A DNA stretch of 64,000 bases from Patescibacteria group bacterium (GTDB lineage: Bacteria; Patescibacteriota; Saccharimonadia; CAILAD01; BJGX01): assembly GCA_026397045.1 (NCBI GenBank), contig JAPLVO010000006.1, positions 1,706-65,705 of the forward strand. The letters are read 5' to 3'. Position numbers and translations under genes: made by a program. Each line of letters begins with the position of its first letter. The first letter of the stretch is position 1. The notes under the pieces are model-generated. The model saw only the letters and a list, made by a program, of their open reading frames with translations. It was not told where the DNA came from and made no database searches. This document shows positions 18,643 to 28,417 of the stretch, piece by piece.

Positions 18643-20407
18643 ATGGAAATTTCAGAACAATCTCATAAGATAAGACACAGCTTGGCGCATATAATGGCCT
18701 CGGCCGTCCAAAAGATTAAGCCAGAAGCTAGCTTTGGTGTGGGTCCGGCAATCGATAACGGCTTTTACTATGATTTCTTGGTGGATGAAAACTTTACAGA
18801 AGCCGAGCTTAAGTCAATCGAAAAGGAAATGCGTTCGATTATTAATAAAAATATCCCTTTTGAACAAGAAAATTGGCCTATTGATAAGGCTATCGAGTAT
18901 TTTGATTCCAAGAATCAGAAGTTTAAGGTTGAATTGCTTAATGATCTTAAGACCAAAGGAACAACAGCAGTTGCTGATGCCGGCGATGATGATTTAGCCA
19001 AAGGCTCTGAAGGAGAAATTAAAGAGGTCAGTATCTATAGAACTGGTGATTTTATGGATTTATGTCGCGGTCCTCATGTAGATAACACTTCCGAAATTCA
19101 AGCTGATAGCTTTAAGTTGAATCGAACCAGCGGTGTTTACTGGAGAGGCAAAGAAGAAAACCCTCAGATGCAGCGTGTGTATGGCTTGGCTTTTGAGACC
19201 AAAGAAAAACTTAGTGACTACCTGCAGATGCTAGTCGAAGCTGAAAAGCGTGATCATCGCAAGCTTGGCCAGGAGCTAGATTTGTTTGTGTTCTCAGATA
19301 TGGTTGGCCCTGGACTTCCAATGTACACGCCTCGCGGCACAGTAATAATGAATCAGCTCAAAGAAGCCTTGAATGAAATTGGCAGAGACAACGATATGGA
19401 GTCGGTTAGTACGCCCCATTTGGCAAAACTCGACCTCTATAAGACCTCTGGCCATGCAGACAAATTTGAAGATGAATTATTTAGGGTTCAAAGTCACTAC
19501 AAGCAAGAATTTATTCTAAAACCCGTAAACTGTCCTCATCACACCCAAATATATTCTTCTAGGCCTAGGAGCTATAAGGATTTGCCAATTCGCTACATCG
19601 AGCAGACCATGCAATATCGTGATGAGAAGCCCGGACAAATAGGCGGCCTGCAAAGAACCAGAGGCTTTACAGTAGACGATGGCCACACTTTCTGTACTGT
19701 AGATCAAATTCAAAAAGAAGCAGACTTGATTGCAGAGGTTATCGAGAAGTTTTATCAAAATCTCGGCTTGTGGGGGGATCACTGGGTGTCGCTCTCGGTA
19801 AGAGACCCTAAAACTCCAGAAGCTTATATAGGCGACCCAGATGATTGGCAGCTGGCCGAAGAAATGCTGCAGAAGGTTTCTGATGATAGGGGCCTTGGCG
19901 CCAAGCGAATGGAAGGCGAGGCGGCACTTTATGGTCCAAAGCTAGATTTTATGTTCAAAGACGCCTTGGGTAGAGAAACCCAGCTGGCTACCATACAACT
20001 AGATTTTGCCATGCCAAAGAGATTTGAGCTGACCTATACAGATAAGGATGGCTCAGATAAAAGTCCTGTTATGATACACCGAGCTATACTTGGATCATTT
20101 GATAGCACCTGAGCAAGTTCGTGTCATTCCAGTGTCTGATAAGTTTGGTGAATATGCCAAGAGTGTCCATGAGAAGCTTCATAAGGTAGGCGTCAGGGTA
20201 AAACTGGATGATGATTCAGAATCATTGGCAAAACGCATTAGAAACGCCGAAAAGCTTAAGGTACCTGTGATTATGGTAGTCGGCGAGAAGGAGCAAGAAT
20301 CTGATTCGGTCTCAATTCGCAGGCATGGCAAAGGGGATTTGGGCTCAAGCAGCCTTGAACAGGCAATCTCTATGATTGAAGACGAGATTTCAAATCGGAA
20401 ATTGTAG
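18643..20407 (+). CDS. thrS: Threonine--tRNA ligase (no TGS domain), frameshifted by deletion at ~20102
   Basis: RHSLAH, DLCRGPH, RDHRKLG, LKPVNCPHH, ALYGPKLD, TIQLDF, IHRAILGSF. The anticodon-binding domain (IAPEQVRVIPV) is in the next frame. Confidence 0.95.
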
Positions 20408-21268
20408 ATGCAACAGGCTAAGATTTTAGTAATTGTCGGCCCAACAGCTTCAGGCAAAACATCGCTTGCCATAGATTTGGCAAAGAGGTTCAACGGAGAG
20501 ATAATTTGCGCAGACTCCAGGACAATCTATAGCGGTATGGACATTGGAACTGCCAAACCTTCAAAGTTGGATCAAAAACTTATAAAGCATTACATGCTGG
20601 GCATAGTTGAGCCGAACCAATCCTTCAGTGTTGTAAAATATAAACAGCAAGCTCTCGAAGCAATCAGCCAAATTAAGCGCAATAGTAAGCTTCCTATAAT
20701 CGTGGGTGGCAGTGGAATGTATATAGATTCGTTGCTCTTTGATTACCAGTTTAGGGGGCATAAATTGGGCAAAAACATAGATGGACTATCGATTGAAGCT
20801 AAAAAAGCCCAGGCCAAGATTTTATATCCCAATGACTATAATAATATCCAAGGAAACAATGTCCGCAGGCTCGATCAGCTACTAATGTATGGCCCAGCGG
20901 GAGAGGAAGACAGAGAAAGCCTTAAGCTTGACTGTTTGATAGTTGGGCTATCCCCTAAAGAGCTTATGCTAAAGCATAATATTGAACTTAGAGCGAGCCA
21001 GATGTTGAACAATAACTTTGTTCACGAGGTGGAGTTTCTGAGAGCCAAGTATGGCCCTGATGCCCCCGGGCTTAGCTCTACGGGCTATCGGCAAGTGAGC
21101 ATGATGCTTGATGGAGAGTTGCAGGAAAGCGAGCTACTAGCCTCTATCATTAAAGCCTCTAACAAACTGGCCAAAAAGCAGTTCACCTGGTTCAGGCGTA
21201 ATAAGCATATAAACTGGTTTGATTCGGGTGATAAGTCAGAGCTGTTAATAGCAGAATATCTTAATTAG
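20408..21268 (+). CDS. miaA: tRNA dimethylallyltransferase
   Basis: GPTASGKT, DSRTIY.GMDIGTAKP, VGGSGMY, LAKKQFTWFR. Confidence 0.95.
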   Translation: MQQAKILVIVGPTASGKTSLAIDLAKRFNGEIICADSRTIYSGMDIGTAKPSKLDQKLIKHYMLGIVEPNQSFSVVKYKQQALEAISQIKRNSKLPIIVGGSGMYIDSLLFDYQFRGHKLGKNIDGLSIEAKKAQAKILYPNDYNNIQGNNVRRLDQLLMYGPAGEEDRESLKLDCLIVGLSPKELMLKHNIELRASQMLNNNFVHEVEFLRAKYGPDAPGLSSTGYRQVSMMLDGELQESELLASIIKASNKLAKKQFTWFRRNKHINWFDSGDKSELLIAEYLN

Positions 21269-21287
21269 ATTTGATACAATGTATATT

Positions 21288-22664
21288 ATGCGTAGTTTAA
21301 TTGCTATATTAGCTGCTAAAGCAGCTCTAAAGGTGAATCGGCTGACTGGAACCGGAGGGTCTTCATTACCTGGCATGATAGCCAAGAGGCTGGATAAAGA
21401 TATTCTCCGCAAGCTGGTCATCAATAACTTCCCCAAGGGAATAATAGTGATAACTGGCACCAACGGCAAGACAACCACAGCTAGTATGGTAGCAAATGTA
21501 CTCGAAGAAAGCGGCATTAGTTTTATTCATAATAGGTCGGGTTCTAATATGGAGAGGGGTCTGATTTCGACGATAGTGGAGTCCTCTGGGCTTGATGGCA
21601 AAATTCTGGCCGATGTGGGCTTATTCGAGGTCGATGAGGCTTATATGCCGAAAGTGTGCAGGGCAATTCGGCCAGACTGGGTTGTAGTTACAAACCTTTT
21701 CAGGGATCAGCTAGATAGATACGGGGAGCTAGACAAAATAGCCAGGAACTTTCGCAACCTTTTTGAAGAACTCCCAGATACAAAGCTGGTTTTAAACGCC
21801 GATGATCCGCTGGTAGCTAGCCTTGGCTATAAGCATGATGGTAGGTCAAAAGCTGAATATTTTGGCATCGGCGACTATATTGGCCCAAAACTATCACACG
21901 ATAGAACCGCAGATAGTATATTTGACCCTTTCACTCAAGAGAAGCTGCATTACACTCAAAAATACTTTGGCCATATTGGGCGCTACAGAGGAAAGCCAGG
22001 CGAATTCACCCGACCTAAGCCTGAGTATTCGGCAAACAGTGTAAAGCAAATTGGCATTGATTCAGTTGAATTTGTTGTAAATAAGTCTACAGATTATGTA
22101 AAACTAAGTATACCGGGGCTTTTTAATGTCTATAACGCGATTGCTGCATTTGCTCTAAGTAAGGTTGCTTTTAACCTAGAGGATAGAGAGCTAGTTAGGG
22201 CTATAAGTGGCTCACTTGCGGCTTTTGGGCGTTCCGAGAAGCTTTCTTATGAGGGTCGCGATATTTTAATGCTGTTAATTAAGAACCCAACTGGCCTCAA
22301 CCAAGTAATCCAAACTTACTTACTAAACGAATCGGATCGCTTGCTGGTATTTGTTATTAATGATAACTACGCCGATGGCCGAGATGTTAGTTGGCTCTGG
22401 GACGCAGCAATCGAGGACCTGGCGACCTACAAAGGAAAGATTATGGTCTCTGGTTCAAGAGCCAGGGATATGGCCTTGAGGCTTAAGTACGCTGGCCTGG
22501 AGGATATTATGGTAGTAGATGATAGCTCAAAACTCCTAGAGCAGATCAAGCTTAATTCCTCCAAGCGAAGTAAGGTGTTTATCCTACCTACATATACCGC
22601 CATGTTGGCAATAAGAAGCTCTATAGTATCGGAAGATGAAAAAGCAAAGGAGTTTTGGCAATGA
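21288..22664 (+). CDS. murT: MurT-like lipid II isoglutaminyl synthase subunit
   Basis: GTNGKTTT, EVDE, NLFRDQLDRYGE, LIKNPTG, DNYADGRDVSWLWD, PTYTAML. Confidence 0.9.
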   Translation: MRSLIAILAAKAALKVNRLTGTGGSSLPGMIAKRLDKDILRKLVINNFPKGIIVITGTNGKTTTASMVANVLEESGISFIHNRSGSNMERGLISTIVESSGLDGKILADVGLFEVDEAYMPKVCRAIRPDWVVVTNLFRDQLDRYGELDKIARNFRNLFEELPDTKLVLNADDPLVASLGYKHDGRSKAEYFGIGDYIGPKLSHDRTADSIFDPFTQEKLHYTQKYFGHIGRYRGKPGEFTRPKPEYSANSVKQIGIDSVEFVVNKSTDYVKLSIPGLFNVYNAIAAFALSKVAFNLEDRELVRAISGSLAAFGRSEKLSYEGRDILMLLIKNPTGLNQVIQTYLLNESDRLLVFVINDNYADGRDVSWLWDAAIEDLATYKGKIMVSGSRARDMALRLKYAGLEDIMVVDDSSKLLEQIKLNSSKRSKVFILPTYTAMLAIRSSIVSEDEKAKEFWQ

Positions 22665-23377
22665 AGGCGATCAAAATAGTCCATCTTTATTCTGAGAGAA
22701 TGAGTATTTATGGCGATTATGGAAATATAATCGCACTCAGCCAAAGGATGAATTGGCGCGGCATTAACAATACTACAATTCAGGTGGAGGTAGGTCAGCC
22801 TCTGCCCAAAGACTTTGATATATTATTTATAGGTGGTGGCCAGGATAAGGGACAGGTGATAGTGGCAGAGGATTTAGCTAGTAAATCTGAAGAAATTCAT
22901 AATTTTGTAGAGTCTGGCGGCCCCTTACTGGCCGTTTGTGGGGGGTATCAGCTCCTTGGTGAGTACTTTATAAGCAATGATTATGGGGAGATAAAAGGGA
23001 TTGGAATTTTCAACATTATATCAAGAGCTACAACTGAGAGAATGATCGGGAATATTGTTGTAAAGTCCGATAAGTTCGGTCAACTAATCGGCTTCGAAAA
23101 TCACAGCGGGGCTACAGAGTTCGTAGGCAGAGCTCACCCCCTTGGGGAGGTAAGAAAGGGCTTTGGCAACAATCACAGCGACAAGCTCGAGGGGGCAATT
23201 TATAAAAACGCCATAGGTACTTATATGCACGGGTCCTTTTTGCCTAAAAACCCCATGGTCTGCGACTGGCTGATACAAAAAGCCCTCTTGCGGGCTAATC
23301 GACCTACTGGACTAGAGGAAATAAATGATGACATTGAATTATTGGCACGCAAAAAAGCTTCAAAGCGGCCTCAATAA
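22661..23377 (+). CDS. gatD: GatD/CobQ-like glutamine amidotransferase
   Basis: YGDYGN, GGGQD, AVCGGYQLLG, GFENHSG, TYMHGS; ATGA overlap with murT. Confidence 0.9.
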   Translation: MKAIKIVHLYSERMSIYGDYGNIIALSQRMNWRGINNTTIQVEVGQPLPKDFDILFIGGGQDKGQVIVAEDLASKSEEIHNFVESGGPLLAVCGGYQLLGEYFISNDYGEIKGIGIFNIISRATTERMIGNIVVKSDKFGQLIGFENHSGATEFVGRAHPLGEVRKGFGNNHSDKLEGAIYKNAIGTYMHGSFLPKNPMVCDWLIQKALLRANRPTGLEEINDDIELLARKKASKRPQ

Positions 23378-23484
23378 ATATGCTTGAATGTTATAGATTT
23401 ATTATGCTTTTACTCGTATAATAGTTTTAGTTAACCTGAAAAATACAGGTAGAATACAGTATTTTTCAGACTAGGAGTGTTGAT

Positions 23485-24141
23485 ATGTTTGAACAATTGT
23501 TTGGATCGAAGACGCGAGTAAAGCTTTTGAGTTTGTTTTATAACAACCCCGATCGCCCTTTCTATGTCAGAGAAATAACCCGCAAGATAGATGAACAGAT
23601 AAACTCTGTTCGTCGGGAGCTCCAAAATCTTCTTAATATCGGTATTGTAAGATCCGTAAGCCAGAGCAATAGGCTCTATTATGAAATAAATGCCAAATAT
23701 AAGTTCCATAAGGAGCTAGAATCAATATTCCAAAGGATTCCAGCTAAAACAAAAGACATAAAGCAGACTAAGGAGGAGGATCAAGTACTAAAAGCCCTCC
23801 AAAAATCTGGAAATGTCCGTATGGCCTTTTTGACCGGCGCATTCGTAAGGGGTAGTAATCAGCAAATTGATATCTTTATCGTAGGCGACATGAATAAGTC
23901 ACAGCTAGCCAGAGTGGTAGGGGATATGGAAAAAGAAATGAACAGAGAACTCAATTATGCTGCTATGACCGTAGAGGACTTCGATTATCGTAGGAACCTT
24001 AACGATCGATTCCTAAATGACATCCTGGACGAAAATAAGATAGTATTAGCCGATAGAATCAGCGTATTCACTAAAGATCCAGAGGTCCAAGAGACAGATT
24101 CTGACGAAACTACCAAGCTTGAAGTTAAGCCTAAGGTGTAA
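23485..24141 (+). CDS. Winged-helix regulator fused to a nucleotidyltransferase-like domain
   Basis: LFGSKTRVKLL...YVREITRKIDEQINSVRRELQNL HTH, then LTGAF...IDIFIVGD...RELNY. Confidence 0.8.
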   Translation: MFEQLFGSKTRVKLLSLFYNNPDRPFYVREITRKIDEQINSVRRELQNLLNIGIVRSVSQSNRLYYEINAKYKFHKELESIFQRIPAKTKDIKQTKEEDQVLKALQKSGNVRMAFLTGAFVRGSNQQIDIFIVGDMNKSQLARVVGDMEKEMNRELNYAAMTVEDFDYRRNLNDRFLNDILDENKIVLADRISVFTKDPEVQETDSDETTKLEVKPKV

Positions 24142-24203
24142 GCCCCTAAATATCGAGACTCGGTACTATCCAATTAGCCTATAGGTATGAGATAATAGTA
24201 AGC

Positions 24204-25247
24204 ATGAGCAGTAAAGACAAGCTAACAGTAACAATATCTCCCGCTTCATTTGTCTATTTAGCAGTTGTCGCTGCAGCAGTGGCGGCAGTTTGGTATTTAT
24301 CTGGGGTAGTAATTATCGTCGTGGCTAGTGTAATATTTGCAGCTGGGCTTAACCCCTCTGTTAAGAGACTAGAAAAGATAAAGTTTCCACGCTGGCTGGC
24401 AGTTTCGGTGATATATGTAATGGTATTTTCTATCTTGGGGTACTTAATATTCCTGATTGCCCCAACAATCAGCGAGCAAGCTAACGATATATTTAAGAAT
24501 TTCCCTGCCCATCGAGCTAGGGTAGGGGCCAGCCTAGATAGCCAGCCTTTACTACAGGAAGCATTTGACAGAGTCACGGACTCAGTCAGATCTCGGCCAG
24601 AAATAGTGGCAAATCAAGTGGGTGCGGCAGCCACCGGAATTATTGGCAGTTTGTTTGGCTTTATTACATTCTTAGTTTTGACATTTTACTTTTTAATGAG
24701 TGGTAGAGAGATATCCTCGGCAATGGTAAAATATGTACCTTCAAGAAAGAGCCAGAAGGAGATTATAGCCATCGGCAAGGAGAGTTCTGTAAAGCTAGGG
24801 CACTGGATTAGGTCGCAGGTGATCATGTCGATTATTGTTTTTTTGACAACATATTTAGTATTAAGTATAATAGGAGTTGAATTTAGCCTTTCTCTGGCTC
24901 TTTTTGCGGGACTTTTACAGTTCGTGCCCTTCGTGGGGCCTCTACTGGGGGCAGCTCCAGCTTTGCTAGCAGCTCTTGTTATATCCCCGCTAAATGCGCT
25001 CATATATTCCGCCTCGGTGCTAATTGTGCAAATGCTACTTGCCAATGTAATAGCCCCCCAGCTATTCAACAAAGCCATAGGGGTCTCACCAGTTGTAATA
25101 TTAATTGCGGCCTTAATCGGCTTCAGCTTGCTTGGACCTGTAGGTGTGATACTTGCTGTGCCAATAGCGGCAGTGGTTGATGTAGTTTTCGATAGTCTAG
25201 GACCTGACTATGTTAAGGATAAGATATTTGATGCTACAAAATCCTAG
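24204..25247 (+). CDS. AI-2E family transporter
   Basis: Multi-TM; LQFVPFVGP, IAPQLF...VGVSP, GVILAVP. Confidence 0.9.
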   Translation: MSSKDKLTVTISPASFVYLAVVAAAVAAVWYLSGVVIIVVASVIFAAGLNPSVKRLEKIKFPRWLAVSVIYVMVFSILGYLIFLIAPTISEQANDIFKNFPAHRARVGASLDSQPLLQEAFDRVTDSVRSRPEIVANQVGAAATGIIGSLFGFITFLVLTFYFLMSGREISSAMVKYVPSRKSQKEIIAIGKESSVKLGHWIRSQVIMSIIVFLTTYLVLSIIGVEFSLSLALFAGLLQFVPFVGPLLGAAPALLAALVISPLNALIYSASVLIVQMLLANVIAPQLFNKAIGVSPVVILIAALIGFSLLGPVGVILAVPIAAVVDVVFDSLGPDYVKDKIFDATKS

Positions 25248-25281
25248 CCTCGGTATGCCTTAATCTGTTACAATAGTTTTT

Positions 25282-25809
25282 ATGGACATTACATTCTCTA
25301 ACAATAATACGATAAAAATATCTGGCAAAAGCTCTAGTATTATAATAAATCCAACATCGGCAGTAAAAGCTGATCTTCTTCTTTTCACCGACCCTTCTGC
25401 AAGCAGGCTAGAGCAGAAGTCCTTTTATGGACCGGGTGAGTATGAGGTTCTGGGGGCTATGGTCGATGGGATCGAGATCGACAAGGGCAACACTGCTTAT
25501 AGTGTGGTGTCAGACGACATTCACATCACCTATATAGTAGATCTATTGGCTCCACTTAGTAACACCCAGCTGGAGAGTATGGACGGCGTAGATATCTTAA
25601 TTATCGCCGTCAAGGACGACAAAGCCGATTTATTAAATAAGGTTATTAGCCAGGTGGAGCCAAGCGTATTGATCCCAATTATGATCGATGAATCGGAGAT
25701 AGCTAAGATTAAGGCAGAATTTGGTAAGGATATTGAACCAATGGAGCGCTACAAAATCACCAAAAAGGATCTACCTTTAGAGACCCAAGAGCTAGTATTG
25801 CTCAAATAG
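25282..25809 (+). CDS. Degenerate MBL-fold hydrolase-like protein
   Basis: GPGEYEV, VDILIIAV and EPSVLIP typical of the short MBL family; the metal-binding His motif is absent. Confidence 0.7.
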   Translation: MDITFSNNNTIKISGKSSSIIINPTSAVKADLLLFTDPSASRLEQKSFYGPGEYEVLGAMVDGIEIDKGNTAYSVVSDDIHITYIVDLLAPLSNTQLESMDGVDILIIAVKDDKADLLNKVISQVEPSVLIPIMIDESEIAKIKAEFGKDIEPMERYKITKKDLPLETQELVLLK

Positions 25810-25895
25810 TAAGTTATCTGGTAGGAAAATGCTTCACTTACTGAATAATTTATAAAAATCCTACCACTAATAAATAAGCCCTCGTTATTGAGGGT

Positions 25896-26120
25896 TTATT
25901 TATTAGCGTTTTCTAGTTCTTTTGCATCTATCTGCTTCTGGTACTTGTTGAGAGTTCGAATAGTACTGGCAGCTAGGCGAAGTTTTACCTTCTTGCCATC
26001 GATTATAAGGGTTTTAGGCTGTAAGTTTGGTTTCCAGGTACGCTTAACATGCCGCTGTGAGTGGCTCACATGGTTGCCGAATTGCTTACCTTTTCCTGTT
26101 AGATCGCATCTGTATGACAT
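25896..26120 (-). CDS. rpmB: 50S ribosomal protein L28
   Basis: CDLTGK...GNHVSHS..KRTWKPNLQ. Confidence 0.96.
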   Translation of the reverse strand: MSYRCDLTGKGKQFGNHVSHSQRHVKRTWKPNLQPKTLIIDGKKVKLRLAASTIRTLNKYQKQIDAKELENANK

Positions 26121-26212
26121 AATCTCAGTATTCTAGCACATTTGAACATCACAATCAATATCCTTGTAGGGGTCATTAATAAAAATCGCTCGATCGTGCT
26201 AAAATAGTATGT

Positions 26213-26842
26213 ATGGAAATGTTAATTACTATAGTATTTTATGTAATAATTTTGGTGATAGTGCTGACTGTGCACGAATTCAGCCATGCTTGGGCCAGCC
26301 ACATGCTCGGTGATGTTACAGCCAAAAGAGAAGGTCGTTTGACCCTAAACCCAGCCTCCCACATAGATCCGTTCATGACACTACTATTGCCCCTAGGTCT
26401 GATACTACTTGGCAGCCCTGTGGTGTTTGGAGCAGCTAAGCCAGTACCTTTTAACCCATATGCGGTACGGTACGGTAAGTGGGGTGCAGCCTTAGTCGCT
26501 TTTGCTGGCCCGGCTAGCAATCTATTAATGGCCTTAGTTGTGGGGCTTTATCTGAGGTTTGTAGCTATTGGTGGCCTCGGTGGGGAATTCTTAATTCAGT
26601 TTGTACTCGTAAATGTGGCGTTTTTTGTCTTTAATATGATTCCTTTTCCACCTCTAGACGGCAGCAGATTGCTTTATGCAGTGGCACCCCCTGGCCTACA
26701 GGATATCATGGACCGAATAGAGCAGTTTGGCTTAGTAGCTGTATTTGCGATGGTCTTTATACTATTCCAGATCACCGGCCCGGCTTTTAGTAATATTATA
26801 TTCCTTATAGCTTCGTTTATTCTGGGTAAACCAGTCTACTAG
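26213..26842 (+). CDS. Site-2 protease (M50) family protein
   Basis: HEFSH, GRLTLNP, AGPASN, FNMIPFPPLDG. Confidence 0.94.
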   Translation: MEMLITIVFYVIILVIVLTVHEFSHAWASHMLGDVTAKREGRLTLNPASHIDPFMTLLLPLGLILLGSPVVFGAAKPVPFNPYAVRYGKWGAALVAFAGPASNLLMALVVGLYLRFVAIGGLGGEFLIQFVLVNVAFFVFNMIPFPPLDGSRLLYAVAPPGLQDIMDRIEQFGLVAVFAMVFILFQITGPAFSNIIFLIASFILGKPVY

Positions 26843-26858
26843 ATGATATAATTATATC

Positions 26859-27020
26859 GCTTTCTACGGCACTCGCGTATTTAAGGCGTAGTAACTTTTT
26901 CCGGTTACTTTTAACTTTAGGGAGTCTTAGATTGCTCTCCGATTAATCGGTAGATGCTGCGGACACCCACCTGCAAATTGGCGGGAAAGGTTATCCACGC
27001 TAGCGGTGTCTGTGGATTGC
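26859..27020 (+). ncRNA. ssrS: Probable 6S RNA
   Basis: Extended -10 TGATATAAT (26844-26852). The ends pair (TCTACGGCAC..GCGT / ACGC..GTGTCTGTGGA). Internal GGGAG and GACACCCACCTG..GCGGG segments are typical of 6S RNAs. Terminator follows. Confidence 0.7.
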
Positions 27021-27027
27021 TCAATTA

Positions 27028-27065
27028 TAATAAATATAGAGCCCAGTTGGGCTCTATATTTATTA
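27028..27065. terminator. Bidirectional terminator
   Basis: TAATAAATATAGAGCCCA-GT-TGGGCTCTATATTTATTA perfect inverted repeat. Confidence 0.8.
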
Positions 27066-27605
27066 TAATTTCCAATACTTTCGATATTTATTTTCACCAT
27101 CAATTGTCTGGGCTATGATGAGTTTTATTTCTGATTTTAAACCTAACTGTTTGCGCAAGCTGGCGACCAGCTTCGCAGGATTGTATGGGCATAGCCAGAG
27201 ACCCTTAGCATAGTTAACAAACCCATGGCGCTTGAGGGTTAGGATTAGCTGATTACGCATCACTTTTTTAGCCTCTGGGACATCGAATGTAATCAAGTAC
27301 CATCGCCCGTCCCATCTTTCAGGAATAGTGAAGGCATCTTCTGCCACCTGATGAGCTTTTAATCTGTCTTTGCCCTTTAAGGTTATTTTATAGACCTTTT
27401 CGCTATCAAGGACTCCTACACTAATATATCCCTGCCTAGCCAAAAGGGCCACGGTGTCAATTATCCTGCGCCGGGGGGTTGTTTTATTGGAGTTTATGAA
27501 AAGTTCTAATAATGCCTTATTAGAACTCAAGTCGCCCAGGGTGGCGACTTTTTTGGTCTGAATTAGCCTTAAGACTATGGCTGTTTTGTTAGAGTTGTTA
27601 CTCAT
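27063..27605 (-). CDS. PaaX-like transcriptional regulator (wHTH + Cas2-like ferredoxin fold)
   Basis: LARQGYI...YKITLKG wing, then WDGRWYLITFDVPE..K..RNQL...LKRHGF...GLWLCPY. Confidence 0.85.
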   Translation of the reverse strand: MSNNSNKTAIVLRLIQTKKVATLGDLSSNKALLELFINSNKTTPRRRIIDTVALLARQGYISVGVLDSEKVYKITLKGKDRLKAHQVAEDAFTIPERWDGRWYLITFDVPEAKKVMRNQLILTLKRHGFVNYAKGLWLCPYNPAKLVASLRKQLGLKSEIKLIIAQTIDGENKYRKYWKL

Positions 27606-27637
27606 CTGGAGTTTTGGCACACATAAATTACTTACTA

Positions 27638-27684
27638 CATAAACATTATGCCTTAGCATAACTATTATGTAAATACCTTTTCAA
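27638..27684 (-). promoter_or_regulatory. Promoter of the PaaX-like gene with two palindromic operators
   Basis: TTGAAA (27684-79)-18-TATGCT (27660-55). CATAA-N3-TTATG at 27638-27650 and 27657-27669. Confidence 0.6.
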
Positions 27685-27920
27685 TACTTTTTTAAATTTT
27701 GTGTATTTTATATCTGTTGACGATTCACTATTAGGCTTTACGATTTTTTAATTAACTTTAAATTATAATAGCTGATTCTTGAAAGCAATGCTGCCCAGCA
27801 ACGCCCCAGTTACCCAGGAATAGGTGAACGAAATTTTCAATAAAAAGTAGGTACCTTAAGCGGTATTATTTCTTACAATTAAAAAAGTTTAGTAATTAAT
27901 ACTAAACTTGATCTTAAACT

Positions 27921-27996
27921 TGGTCGGGGTGACAGGACTTGAACCTGCGACCTCACGGCCCCCAGCCGTACGCGCTACCAACTGCGCCACACCCCG
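27921..27996 (-). tRNA. tRNA-Pro(GGG)
   Basis: CGGGGTG...TACGG-CTGGGGG-CCGTG...GGTTCAAGTCC...ACCA. Confidence 0.95.
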
Positions 27997-28057
27997 TCAG
28001 ACTAGATTAATACTATCTGATATGGCACAGGAGCTCAAGGCTTGCTACAATATGGTT

Positions 28058-28417
28058 ATGCTATTAATCGAGTTTATCTCTTGGTGGTACGGCCGAGGCT
28101 ACATGCTACTCTTTAAGAAGTTGCAGGCTTTGATTATTTCGATATGGCAAAAGTTTTCGGTGGCTACGCTAGTCAAGACCTTGGTTGATCCCTGGCGAAG
28201 AATAGTGACTGATCCTGGGAAATCCCTGCAAGATAAGTCTAGGGCTATTTTGGATAATGCTGTCTCTAGGGTAGTCGGATTCACAATTAGAGTTATAGTT
28301 ATCATATCGGCATTTATATCTATAGCTTTGCTATTCGTGGTAGGCCTGCTACTGGCTGTAGCTTGGCCGCTAGCACCAGTGCTCATCATATTGCCATTTG
28401 TATTGGCGGTAACATGA
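28058..28417 (+). CDS. Conserved hypothetical membrane protein coupled to the Clp ATPase
   Basis: SWWYG...FSV.TL..PWRR...DNAVSRVVGF.IR; ATGA overlap with the next gene. Confidence 0.78.
   Translation: MLLIEFISWWYGRGYMLLFKKLQALIISIWQKFSVATLVKTLVDPWRRIVTDPGKSLQDKSRAILDNAVSRVVGFTIRVIVIISAFISIALLFVVGLLLAVAWPLAPVLIILPFVLAVT

Noticed and set aside
27063-27605. Cas2-like motif (FDVPE...R..L...GF) suggesting CRISPR-Cas
   Set aside because: It is fused to a wHTH as in PaaX-like regulators. No cas1, other cas genes or repeat-spacer array is seen in the window.
27650-27675. dif-like sequence GCATAA..TTATGTAAAT
   Set aside because: The arms are separated by 3 nt, not the 6-nt spacer needed for Xer recombination; better explained as an operator.
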